Origin: Verrucomicrobiota bacterium
GTDB lineage: Bacteria > Verrucomicrobiota > Verrucomicrobiia > Chthoniobacterales > JAFAMB01
Assembly (NCBI GenBank): GCA_019235445.1
Contig: JAFAKL010000180.1
Coordinates: 1-38,067 of the forward strand
Reading direction: 5' to 3'
DNA length: 38,067 nucleotides
Shown: one piece after another, positions 8,654 through 17,247 of the stretch
Position numbering within the stretch: the first letter of the stretch is position 1
Layout of the letters: every line of letters starts with the position of its first letter
Translations under genes and position numbers: made by a program
Notes under the pieces: generated by a model
What the model was told of the DNA's origin: nothing
The model's input: the letters and a program-made list of their open reading frames with translations, nothing else
Database searches by the model: none

Positions 8654-10084
8654 TTGGCACACATGTCAGAGTTGGGTCCTTCGACACAGATTTCAGCGGA
8701 CGACGGCAGGCGAAGTGCGGCCTATCGCACGTCACCGGACAGGAATCTCTCAAGCATGCCTCCCGGCGTGCCTTACATCATCGGGAACGAAGCGGCAGAA
8801 AGATTCAGCTTTTATGGGATGCGCTCCATTCTGATTGTATTCATGACGACCTATCTCATGAGCGCCAATGGCAAGCTTGCGGTCATGTCGGATACCGAGG
8901 CGACGGCCTGGTTTCACGAATTTGTTTTCGGGGTTTATTTTCTCCCGATCCTCGGAGCGATCATTTCCGACGGGTTGCTGGGCAAATACCGCACCATTAT
9001 ATCCTTATCGGTCGTTTACTGCTTTGGCCACCTGGCGTTGGCGATCAACGATACGCGGCTGGGACTCTTCCTTGGCCTGCTCCTCATCGCCATCGGGTCC
9101 GGCGGAATCAAGCCGTGCGTGTCTGCACATGTCGGTGATCAATTCGGCGCCGGCAACCAACACCTGCTTGCCCGTGCGTTCGGGTGGTTTTATCTCTCGA
9201 TCAATTTGGGATCTTCGATTTCCAATTATCTTTGCCCTGTTCTGCTGAATGACCACCGCTTCGGTCCCCATTATGCCTTTGGGTTGCCTGGTCTGCTTAT
9301 GCTGGTGGCGACGATTATCTTCTGGATGGGCAGAAAAAAATTCGTTCACATTCCGAGAGGCGGCCTCGGTTTCCTGCGCGAATTCTTCAGCCGCGAAGGA
9401 TTAACCGCCGTTGGGCGTTTGTTCATGGTCTACCTGTTCGTGGCAGTTTTCTGGTCGCTTTGGGACCAGAGTTCCGGCGGGGAATGGACACTGCAAGCGC
9501 GGAACCTGAACCTCCATTTTCTAGGAATGAAGCTTTTGCCGGAACAGGTGCAAGTAGCCAACCCGCTCCTGATTCTGATCCTGGTCCCGATTTTCAATTA
9601 CTTTATTTATCCGGCGATCCATCGTGTGTTCCCTCTCACGCCCTTGCGAAAGATCGGGATCGGTTTGTTCCTTATCGCGGCGTCGTTCCTGATTATATGG
9701 TGGATCCAAGTCCGCATCGATGGAGGAGCGAGACCGAGTGTGGGCTGGCAGCTCCTGGCCTACGTTGTTTTGACCTCGAGCGAGGTGATGGTTTCGATTA
9801 CCGGCTTAGAATTTTCGTACACTCAAGCCCCCAAGAGGATGAAAAGCATGGTAATGGCGACTTGGCTTTTCACGGTTGCCTTGGGCAACCAATTTACGGC
9901 TATCCTGAACTTCCTCATGCCAGCTCTCAGCAAGCTAGGAATTGACCTCAAACACGCGGCCTACTTTCGATTTTTCACGCTCCTGATGTTCTTTACAGCG
10001 GTTCTTTTCGTTTTCGTTGCGCGATTCTATCGAGGCAAGACTTATATCCAGGGAGAAGCGCCTATCGAAGGGGCAGCGCTTTAG
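8654..10084 (+). CDS. Proton-dependent oligopeptide transporter (POT/PTR2 family)
   Basis: The PTR2 signature is ERFSFYGMRSIL, followed by GSGGIKPCVSAHVGDQF. There are about 12-14 hydrophobic segments. The track start is TTG 8654, and an in-frame ATG at 8663 is equally plausible. Confidence 0.88.
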   Translation: MAHMSELGPSTQISADDGRRSAAYRTSPDRNLSSMPPGVPYIIGNEAAERFSFYGMRSILIVFMTTYLMSANGKLAVMSDTEATAWFHEFVFGVYFLPILGAIISDGLLGKYRTIISLSVVYCFGHLALAINDTRLGLFLGLLLIAIGSGGIKPCVSAHVGDQFGAGNQHLLARAFGWFYLSINLGSSISNYLCPVLLNDHRFGPHYAFGLPGLLMLVATIIFWMGRKKFVHIPRGGLGFLREFFSREGLTAVGRLFMVYLFVAVFWSLWDQSSGGEWTLQARNLNLHFLGMKLLPEQVQVANPLLILILVPIFNYFIYPAIHRVFPLTPLRKIGIGLFLIAASFLIIWWIQVRIDGGARPSVGWQLLAYVVLTSSEVMVSITGLEFSYTQAPKRMKSMVMATWLFTVALGNQFTAILNFLMPALSKLGIDLKHAAYFRFFTLLMFFTAVLFVFVARFYRGKTYIQGEAPIEGAAL

Positions 10085-10133
10085 TATTTAACCCTGGGAA
10101 CCGGGGAAAAGAAAACAGCGCCCAAGGGGCGCA

Positions 10134-10946
10134 ATGGATAGCCCGGACCTGAAGCGAAACATGAAAACTGACCGTTTAGCCGACAAAATTGCCGTCGTGA
10201 CAGGGGCTAGTCAGGGAATTGGCGAAGCCATCGCGAAAGACCTGGCGCAAAACGGGGCAAAGGTAATCCTTGCGGCACGGGACGCCCAGAAGCTAGGGGA
10301 AGCTGTCGCAACAATTCGGGAAACCGGCGGTGAAGGTTTGGCCTATCCTGCGGATCTCCGGGAACTCGACGCACCCCAGCGCCTGGTGGAGGCGGCTGTC
10401 GGGCAATTCGGCGGAATTGATATCGTGGTTAACAACGCAGGCGCCACAAGGCGCGGCGCATTCTTAACTCTCAACGAAGAAGCTTGGCAGGATAGCTTTG
10501 CGCTCAAGTTTTTTGGCAGCGTTCGTCTGGTTCGGGCCGCTTGGCTGCATCTGAAGACCCGGTCCGGATCAATCGTCAACATCGCCGGTGTGGGCGGGCG
10601 AACCCCAGGGGCAGAATTCGCCATTGGCGGTTCGGTAAACGCGGCTTTGTTGTCCTTTACGAAGGCGATCGCGGAGCTCGGCGTAGAAGAGGGAATTCAG
10701 GTGAATGCCATTAACCCGGGCTTCATCCGGACTGACCGTTTAAAGAGACGGCTCGAGGCCTCGGCTGCATCCTTAGGGGTCACCGTGATCGAGGCCGAAC
10801 GCGTGATGGTCAGAGATGCGCAAGTTTCCAGGCTGGGAGAGCCCGAGGATATCGCGCACCTGGTCACCTTTGTCGTTTCCCCAGAGGGTCGATTTCTGCA
10901 TGGTTCGCTGATTGACATGGATGGAGGCCAGACGAAAACAATCTGA
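10134..10946 (+). CDS. Short-chain dehydrogenase/reductase-fold protein lacking the canonical catalytic residues
   Basis: The Rossmann motif is VTGASQGIGEAIA and NNAG is present. The C-terminal part, VNAINPGFIRT, is typical of an SDR. The expected Ser, Tyr and Lys positions read IAG, G and N (see findings). Confidence 0.8.
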   Translation: MDSPDLKRNMKTDRLADKIAVVTGASQGIGEAIAKDLAQNGAKVILAARDAQKLGEAVATIRETGGEGLAYPADLRELDAPQRLVEAAVGQFGGIDIVVNNAGATRRGAFLTLNEEAWQDSFALKFFGSVRLVRAAWLHLKTRSGSIVNIAGVGGRTPGAEFAIGGSVNAALLSFTKAIAELGVEEGIQVNAINPGFIRTDRLKRRLEASAASLGVTVIEAERVMVRDAQVSRLGEPEDIAHLVTFVVSPEGRFLHGSLIDMDGGQTKTI

Positions 10947-10955
10947 AATCCAGCC

Positions 10956-11186
10956 TTATTCATTCGGCTTTGCGTCGCTCGGTGTGCTGTGTGCCGCATT
11001 GAGATCCCCGCAAAGGATAAAAACGCCGGCCAGCGAGAGCACAAAAAAACTAAGGCAAAATCCCAGCCAGATGTTCCGCCAGAAAATTGCTAAATCGAGC
11101 ATCGTCGTAAACATGGCGGTAATGAAGAATAGGAATCCCGCGAGGGCGGAGCCTACCATCTTTACCATTACAGTACGATCTTCCAT
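10956..11186 (-). CDS. Possible small membrane protein (76 aa, two hydrophobic helices)
   Basis: ATG at 11186. The helices are VGSALAGFLFFITAMFTTML and LGFCLSFFVLSLAGVFILCG. There is no clear RBS and no recognisable family. Confidence 0.3.
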   Translation of the reverse strand: MEDRTVMVKMVGSALAGFLFFITAMFTTMLDLAIFWRNIWLGFCLSFFVLSLAGVFILCGDLNAAHSTPSDAKPNE

Positions 11187-11389
11187 ATTCGAGAGATTCT
11201 GAAGCTGGAGATTGGCCTTCCCTGAACGAACGATCTCAGCCAAAAACAATAACTGCTTTGGACGTCGCGTTAAATAAAAAACAGCTTTTCCGATTCCGAA
11301 AGTTGAAAAACTTTTGGAACAGCAGGACGCCGGAACAACGGAACGCGCCAAGGAAGCGCGCCAGAGGGTGAAAAAGTAGCAACTTATTT

Positions 11390-12784
11390 ATGAAACGGAT
11401 AGGTATCCTGACAGCAGGGGGCGATACGCCGACGATGAATGCCACGATCCAAGGGGCGGTGGTTCGGGCAAACCAGTTGAAGATCGAAATTCTTGGGCTG
11501 ATCAAAGGATTCAACGGCCTTTTCAACCCGCGCGTGCCACACGTGCTTCTAAATCCCCTTTATCAGGAGATTCCGGAAATGGACCCGACCAAAGGCGGCA
11601 CCATCATCGGGTCCTCACGAGATTACGTCGACCCGAATAAGACGGCGGAGCTTGACAACGTGGCGCACCGCTTGGAGCGGCTCCGGATTGAAGGCCTGAT
11701 CTGCGTGGGAGGAGACGGCACGCTGAACGGTCTTCAACCACTGGCTGAACGCTTGCCTACGGTGCTGGCTCCCAAGACTATCGATAACGACCTCGGTCTT
11801 AACTACCCGGAAGAGCCAAATGAGTGGATTCGCGTCCTCGAACCACAGTCGAAGAATGGATACCATTATGAGCATCGAACATCGCAGGACATCTTTGACC
11901 TCGATTATATCGTGAACTATGTCACGCCGGGCTACGCGACCGCCGTGTACGTTTCTGCCAGCGGCGTGGAACGGATTCGGACGACGGCGGAAAGCCATCG
12001 GCGAATCGCCATCATCGAGGTGATGGGCCGGCATTCTGGGTATATCGCGCTCGGCTCGGCTTACGGACGTCCGGACATCATTCTGGTGCCTGAACATCCG
12101 CTCAATTTTGAGCACCTGGTTGAACGCGTGAAACAACTTTACGATTTGCAGAAGAATGTCGTTATTGTTTGCGGCGAAGGCATTGTGGACGAGCAAGGGA
12201 ATGAACTCGGGGCGGAAACCAGGACGACCGACCCGGCAGGCAACATCGCATTAAGCGGCGCTGCCGAAGCACTACGCCACAAGATGATTCAAAAGATCGG
12301 TGACCGTTACTTTCAACTTTATCGGCGGGGAGAATCGGCTCGTGAAGCCATCTTCACCAGAAAGGTCGGACACACTCAGCGGGGAGGACGGCCAATCGTG
12401 TTCGATCGTTTCTATGCCGCGCAACTCGGCGCGAAAGCAGTCGAACTCCTGCTTGAAGGTCGCAACAACGCCGCCTCAATCCTGCAATACACCACCTCCA
12501 AAGGGTTTCAGGTGAGCGGTTACGACGCCAACAGGTTCCGCGACCGCTGGGGGCATATCCACGCCAGACGCATGTATCCGCAGTTTTATGATCCTGTCCA
12601 GATGAAACCGTCGCGTCTGGGAATAAACTACCTTCTCCCCATCTTTACCGACGCCATCGGCGACGACGATATGGAACACATTCGTCGAACCCTTTTTGCG
12701 CCGGGAAACCTGGCGCAGCCGTATCATTCGATCAACACCGATATCAACAAGCGGATCCGCTACCTGGAAGAGGACAAGCTGTGA
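11390..12784 (+). CDS. pfk: 6-phosphofructokinase, long form (464 aa)
   Basis: PFK motifs are present: GILTAGGDTPTMNA, CVGGDGTLNG, PKTIDNDL, MGRHSGYIAL and GHTQRGGRP. Confidence 0.9.
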   Translation: MKRIGILTAGGDTPTMNATIQGAVVRANQLKIEILGLIKGFNGLFNPRVPHVLLNPLYQEIPEMDPTKGGTIIGSSRDYVDPNKTAELDNVAHRLERLRIEGLICVGGDGTLNGLQPLAERLPTVLAPKTIDNDLGLNYPEEPNEWIRVLEPQSKNGYHYEHRTSQDIFDLDYIVNYVTPGYATAVYVSASGVERIRTTAESHRRIAIIEVMGRHSGYIALGSAYGRPDIILVPEHPLNFEHLVERVKQLYDLQKNVVIVCGEGIVDEQGNELGAETRTTDPAGNIALSGAAEALRHKMIQKIGDRYFQLYRRGESAREAIFTRKVGHTQRGGRPIVFDRFYAAQLGAKAVELLLEGRNNAASILQYTTSKGFQVSGYDANRFRDRWGHIHARRMYPQFYDPVQMKPSRLGINYLLPIFTDAIGDDDMEHIRRTLFAPGNLAQPYHSINTDINKRIRYLEEDKL

Positions 12785-12820
12785 GGCAGAATTCAGAAGT
12801 CAGGATTCAGAATCCAGGAG
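12785..12820. repeat. Purine-rich low-complexity arm (GGCAGAATTCAGAAGTCAGGATTCAGAATCCAGGAG) starting right after the pfk stop
   Basis: It shares the 10-mer CAGAATTCAG with 13379-13388. Positions 12787-12803 are 15/17 complementary to 13441-13457. The style matches the heptamer-arm elements at 16327 and 17248. Confidence 0.6.
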
Positions 12821-12904
12821 CTAGCCCGTTATGCGCGGAGACCGGCGGGATATCAAGGGCGGTCTGTCGTTAGCGCGCACGTATCAGCTGATGCCGCCGC
12901 ATTG

Positions 12905-12974
12905 CAGGCAAACCGTTCCCGCTTTGCACCGTTTTCAGAGGTAAGGCGGGACCCCTTACTTACCACTGCGCAGC
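12905..12974 (+). repeat. Family-A intergenic repeat, copy 1 (about 70 nt)
   Basis: By-eye alignment to 23829-23906 gives about 85% identity: GGCAAA(C/G)CGT(T/C)CCCGCTT..GTTTTC(A/G)GAGGTAAGGCG..CT(T/A)ACTTACCACTGCGC. Confidence 0.75.
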
Positions 12975-13045
12975 GATCGCCGCATACGCATGAAAGTTGT
13001 GTCGACCGAAATTCTTTTAAGCGCGCGCTGAAAGCGCCGAAACAG

Positions 13046-13068
13046 TGCAAGACCTGGGGTGCAGGCTG
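13046..13068. repeat. Perfect 9-bp hairpin GGGGTGCAG-gctgg-CTGCACCCC flanked by two GCGCT-NAA-AGCGC mini-hairpins
   Basis: I read it directly. The mini-hairpins lie at 13025-13037 and 13102-13114. No U-tract is present on either strand. Confidence 0.6.
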
Positions 13069-13375
13069 GCTGCACCCCGGGAAAGGCAACAAAGAACGGC
13101 CGCGCTCAAAGCGCCGTATCAATTGCACGAATCGTCTAACTTTGTGATGCTCTGGAGACGCGCCTGGCCGCAGTGGTTAGCATAAAGATAAGGCCAAGAC
13201 CAAGCGCTAGCATCATCCACGTACTGACTTCGGGTACCGGATGGAGAATCGGGTTCTTTTGTGGGGAGGACCATACAAGTTTCCGTGAGATTGCAGTGGT
13301 TCTCAAAATGAGACTGCGAACATTCCGGCTCCTCCATTCCCTGCTTACAACCGCGGGCGAGCCTGGATGTTGTTC

Positions 13376-13460
13376 GGCCAGAATTCAGGAGTTGCCGTCG
13401 GGGATGCGAGCTGCGGCCCGTTCAACGCCGATAAGCTTAGCTGACCGCTGAATTCTGACT
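13376..13460. repeat. Hairpin element with 10-bp perfect arms CAGAATTCAG / CTGAATTCTG
   Basis: The arms lie at 13379-13388 and 13448-13457 around a 59-nt loop. Confidence 0.7.
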
Positions 13461-13603
13461 GAAACAGCGAGGTCTACCGAGGCCGAGTTTCTCCTCGATT
13501 TTGAGGGGCGCAACCCGCATCCCGATTCCGCAACCCCAGTGCATTGAACCAGATCTAATCCGAAGACGACTTATGCCAGCACCAGAAATTGCGGGCGGCA
13601 AAA

Positions 13604-14884
13604 TTATCCTTTGGCATAACGGTTGTAGATGATCAGACCGCGGAGCGCATCCACGGCCCGCTCCAGCTGAGTGTCTGGTGTGGCTTGCACCAGCTTCTGT
13701 TCTTCCGGAGTCAATAGACCGCCCCGTTGCCGCAACAGTAACGCCCGTTCTCGATCACTATCGATGGCCGATTCGATATCAGGAGCTATCCCTTTTTCCT
13801 GAATCACTTGTTTGCCCGGCGTGTAATACTTGGCAGTCGTTAACCAGAGTGCGGATCCATCCGGGAGAGGAATCGGCGTCTGAACCACTCCCTTGCCAAA
13901 CGTCGTCTCACCGACAATAATCGCCCGTTTCAGGTCCTTGAGCGCGCCCGTGACAATCTCGGCGCCACTGGCGCTCAACCCATTGGCCAGCACCGCCATC
14001 GGGAAATCCGGTCGTCCCGTGTTCTCACTGTCAGTGAAATATTCGCGCCGCTGCGCGGCATCGCGGCCTTCTGTATAGGCGACGAGCGTCCTGGGCGGCA
14101 AAAAAAGGCCGCAGACATCCACCGCGCTGGTCAACAAGCCGCCGGGATTGAAGCGTAGATCCATGATGAGCGCTTGCATCCCTGCAGCCTGAAGGGAATC
14201 GAGCTTTTCAGCTAACTCGTGGGCGGTCGGTTCCGTAAATTCCGTGATTCGGAGATAGCCGATTTTAACGCCGCCGGTTTGCTCCGTATCCAGAATTTTT
14301 GCGTCCACCACGCTCGCGATTTTTATCATCTCGCGTCGCATCTCGTAATCCTTCGTTTCTTTGGTCGAAGGCCGGTAAATGGTCAGCGCGAGCCGTTGAT
14401 TGGGTTGCCCTCTCAACAGTTGGTTCAACTCCTCAATCGGCAGGTTGAGGGTGGATTTTCCCGCCACGGCGACGATCTGGTCTCCAGGCAAAATGCCGGC
14501 GCGAGCACTCGGGCTGTTTTCCATCGTCGCCAAGACAGTAACCGCTTGCTCTTTGCGCGAAATTGTGAACCCGAATCCACCGAATTCGCCTCGCGTCTCG
14601 TCCTCCCTGTCCTTGAGATCTTCCGGCTCCAGAAACTGGCTGTGCGGATCAAGGTGCGGCAGCATCGCGTGCAGGGCCGCGTAGGTCAGCTTCTTATAGG
14701 ATACGGCGCTTCGATCCACATAATCCTGCCGGATGACCTGGATCGCCCTGGTAAACCCGGCAATCGCAGCAAAATCGACTCCGTGATCATTGGTAGCGGC
14801 ATTCGAAGTCAGTAGCCTGAAGCCGACTAACAAATTCAGAAATACGCAGACGGCCAGAAAGCCGCAGAGAACCTTCCGCTTCAT
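13604..14884 (-). CDS. ctpA: S41 family carboxyl-terminal processing peptidase
   Basis: It has an N-terminal signal anchor and a PDZ-like GILPGDQIVAVAG. The S41 motifs are DLRFNPGG, the catalytic Ser context GLSASGAEIVTGALKD, and the Lys context GETTFGKG. Confidence 0.9.
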   Translation of the reverse strand: MKRKVLCGFLAVCVFLNLLVGFRLLTSNAATNDHGVDFAAIAGFTRAIQVIRQDYVDRSAVSYKKLTYAALHAMLPHLDPHSQFLEPEDLKDREDETRGEFGGFGFTISRKEQAVTVLATMENSPSARAGILPGDQIVAVAGKSTLNLPIEELNQLLRGQPNQRLALTIYRPSTKETKDYEMRREMIKIASVVDAKILDTEQTGGVKIGYLRITEFTEPTAHELAEKLDSLQAAGMQALIMDLRFNPGGLLTSAVDVCGLFLPPRTLVAYTEGRDAAQRREYFTDSENTGRPDFPMAVLANGLSASGAEIVTGALKDLKRAIIVGETTFGKGVVQTPIPLPDGSALWLTTAKYYTPGKQVIQEKGIAPDIESAIDSDRERALLLRQRGGLLTPEEQKLVQATPDTQLERAVDALRGLIIYNRYAKG

Positions 14885-15043
14885 TCAGGTGACCGTAGCA
14901 CAGCTCCACGGTTGCGCGAGCGATGGCGATAGCGGAATCTTAAAAGTTTCCGGAAAGGACCCGGGGCCTCCAGGGAGGAAGTTTCGTCTTGACGATGGCG
15001 ACAAAGGTGCGGATCTTCCGAGCTCTTTCCTGGAGGAGTACTT

Positions 15044-15307
15044 ATGTCTAGAGAATGCAGCATCACAGGCGCCAAACCTGCAAAGGGTCACGTGACTCAC
15101 AGGCGCGGACTGGCCAAGAAAAAAGGAGGCATTGGTCAACACGTCACCGCCAATACTCCCAGATTGTTCACTCCGAACCTGAAGACGAAGCGGATTTGGG
15201 TCCCGGAACTGAATCGGTTTGTGACCGTAAAGCTCAGTGCGCGCGCGTTGAAGACAATCACCAAGAACGGTGCTTTCAACACCTTGAAGAAGGCTGGTCT
15301 GGTCTAA
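15044..15307 (+). CDS. rpmB: 50S ribosomal protein L28
   Basis: MSRECSITGAKP...FTPNLKTKRIWVPELNRFVTVKLSARALKTI aligns with E. coli L28 (MSRVCQVTGKRP...[31 protein letters not shown]). GGAGGAG lies 6 nt upstream of the ATG. Confidence 0.92.
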   Translation: MSRECSITGAKPAKGHVTHRRGLAKKKGGIGQHVTANTPRLFTPNLKTKRIWVPELNRFVTVKLSARALKTITKNGAFNTLKKAGLV

Positions 15308-15329
15308 GCGTATTTTTGTGGGATTTATA

Positions 15330-15367
15330 AGAGCGACCCTGCGGGCGTGGGTCGCTCTTTCTATTTT
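15330..15367 (+). terminator. Intrinsic terminator after rpmB
   Basis: A perfect 10-bp stem, AGAGCGACCC (15330-15339) with GGGTCGCTCT (15349-15358), closes a 9-nt loop. TTCTATTTT follows it. Confidence 0.8.
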
Positions 15368-15369
15368 AT

Positions 15370-16326
15370 ATGACCCCAAGAAAAGTGATCCCTGTCAGCG
15401 TCCTCACCGGGTTCCTCGGAGCGGGCAAAACCACTTTGCTGAACTACATCCTGAGAGAGCAGACCGATTATCGGTTCGGTGTGATCATTAACGAGATTGG
15501 CGAGATTGGGATCGACGGAAAACTTGTCGAGACACAGACCGACGACGTGGTGGAATTAAGCAATGGCTGCGTGTGCTGCACCGTGCGAAAAGATCTTGTG
15601 AAAGGTGTTCAGAAGCTCCTGAAAAAGGATCAACTCGACTATATCCTGATCGAAACGACGGGAGTGGCGGATCCGGGACCAGTCGCACAGACGTTTTTGA
15701 ATATCCCTCAACTCCAACAGTATGCTCGACTTGATTCGATCATTACCGTCGTAGATGCTGAAAACGTTTCGGCTCAGCTGATAGAAACCGCAGTTGCCCG
15801 GGAACAGATTGCACTGGCGGACTTCATCCTGGTCAACAAGGTCGATCGGGTGAACGCGGACGAGCTTGCGGCTTTGGAGCAACAGATGCTGGGACTGAAC
15901 CCGCATGCGCAAATCTTTCACACCGAACATTCCCGGGTGGACCTGAAGCAGCTTCTCGATCTGAACGTCTTCGATCTGGATCGAAAGCTCGCCGCGATGC
16001 CCGATCTCCTGGACGAGCTGAAGCAAGGCCACCACTCCGAGATCACCTCCTTTTCCTTTCGCTTCGATCAACCATTCTCAGTCGAGCGGCTGGAAGCGGA
16101 ACTGCAGGAACTCTCCGAACAAGCCAAGGTGTACCGTTCGAAAGGCATCCTCTGGATTGAAGGCACTCCACGGCGCGCGGTCTTTCACGGCGTCAACAAT
16201 CGTTTCACGATCTACTGGGACCGGCTTTGGGAGAAGGAAGAAGCGCGCCTGAGCCAGTTGGTGTTTATCGGCAAAGGCCTGGATCGACCGTCGATTGAAA
16301 GGCGATTGCGACAAGCATTAGCCTGA
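15370..16326 (+). CDS. COG0523 (CobW/YjiA/ZigA-type) G3E-family GTPase, putative metallochaperone
   Basis: The Walker A motif is GFLGAGKTTLLN. The CxCC metal motif is GCVCC. ETTGVADP and NKVD motifs are present. Confidence 0.88.
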   Translation: MTPRKVIPVSVLTGFLGAGKTTLLNYILREQTDYRFGVIINEIGEIGIDGKLVETQTDDVVELSNGCVCCTVRKDLVKGVQKLLKKDQLDYILIETTGVADPGPVAQTFLNIPQLQQYARLDSIITVVDAENVSAQLIETAVAREQIALADFILVNKVDRVNADELAALEQQMLGLNPHAQIFHTEHSRVDLKQLLDLNVFDLDRKLAAMPDLLDELKQGHHSEITSFSFRFDQPFSVERLEAELQELSEQAKVYRSKGILWIEGTPRRAVFHGVNNRFTIYWDRLWEKEEARLSQLVFIGKGLDRPSIERRLRQALA

Positions 16327-16466
16327 GACAGAAGTCAGAAGTCAGAAGTCAGAAGTACGGAAAACTCGAACAACCCCTCGAGCCTCATCTACGCCGACCT
16401 GCTTCACCTGACTACTGACTACTGAATCCTGACTCCTGTCTACTGGACTCTGACTCCTGTCTCCTG
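16327..16466. repeat. Heptamer-arm hairpin element: (CAGAAGT)x4, a core of about 50 nt, then (CTGACTM)x8
   Basis: CAGAAGT is repeated exactly four times at 16329-16356. Eight consecutive CTGNNNN heptamers lie at 16408-16463. In another phase the left arm is (AGTCAGA)n and the reverse complement of the right arm is (AGTCAGK)n, so 6 of 7 positions pair. Confidence 0.85.
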
Positions 16467-17219
16467 CACCAATATGTCGCGCTGGCTGGCGATCAGGCTT
16501 TGGATACCAGTTTCTCCCAGCGCAATCATCTTCTCGAGTTCACCTCTTGAAAAGGTTGCTTCCTCTCCCGCCCCCTGCACTTCAACAAAAGCGCCCTTGC
16601 TGGTCATGACCACGTTCATATCGACGGCGGCCTCTTTGTCTTCCTCGTAGTTCAAATCCAGGAGAAGTCGTCCATCGACTGCGCCAACACTCACCCCCGC
16701 CACGAGGGAACGCAGCGGCCATTGAGTAATTTGTCCTCGGGCCTGCAAAGCGGCGCAGGCGAGAGCAACCGCCACGGAGGCGCCCGTAATCGATGCCGTT
16801 CTGGTCCCGCCATCGGCTTGCAGAACGTCGCAATCCACCCACAGTGTCCGCTCTCCAAGAGCTTCAAGGTCCACTGCAGCCCGAAGAGCCCGACCGATCA
16901 ATCGCTGAATTTCGATGCTTCGACCGTCCAGCCGCCCTTTAGAAATGTCGCGAGGGCGACGCGTCAGGGTTGAATAAGGGAGCATGGAGTACTCGGCGGT
17001 GATCCATCCTCCGGTAACGCCCTGCTCTTTCATCCATTTTGGAACCGACGGCTCAACCGTCGCCGCGCAAAGGACTTGCGTATCGCCCGTGGCGACCAAG
17101 ACAGACCCATGCGCGTTCGGAGCGAACCCAGGGGTGAAGCGCAGCGGTCGGAGTTGATCATGCGAGCGACCGTCATGCCTCACCGCGAGCGATGCTGAGT
17201 CGGATTGATTTACCATCAT
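16440..17219 (-). CDS. rph: Ribonuclease PH
   Basis: It aligns with E. coli Rph over nearly the full length by eye (GSVLV..GDT.VLC, GWITAEY.MLP.ST, EIQRLI.RALRAAVDL, CDVLQADGGTRTASITGA). Confidence 0.95.
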   Translation of the reverse strand: MMVNQSDSASLAVRHDGRSHDQLRPLRFTPGFAPNAHGSVLVATGDTQVLCAATVEPSVPKWMKEQGVTGGWITAEYSMLPYSTLTRRPRDISKGRLDGRSIEIQRLIGRALRAAVDLEALGERTLWVDCDVLQADGGTRTASITGASVAVALACAALQARGQITQWPLRSLVAGVSVGAVDGRLLLDLNYEEDKEAAVDMNVVMTSKGAFVEVQGAGEEATFSRGELEKMIALGETGIQSLIASQRDILVQETGVRVQ

Positions 17220-17247
17220 GGCGGGAAACCAGAAACTCGGAACGGCG

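Noticed and set aside
14885-15379. A 164-aa minus-strand ORF overlapping rpmB. Other antisense ORFs of more than 150 aa belong to the same category (165..1061, 11615..12196, 15556..16071, 17647..18210, 25439..26179, 25941..26603).
   Set aside because: Each is antisense to a gene with strong motif-level identification. None has recognisable motifs, and their compositions are typical of shadow frames.
16329-16463. The heptamer arrays as a possible CRISPR array or minisatellite.
   Set aside because: The units are 7 nt and contiguous with no spacers, and no cas genes are present. The two arrays are mutually complementary, which points to hairpin arms rather than CRISPR.
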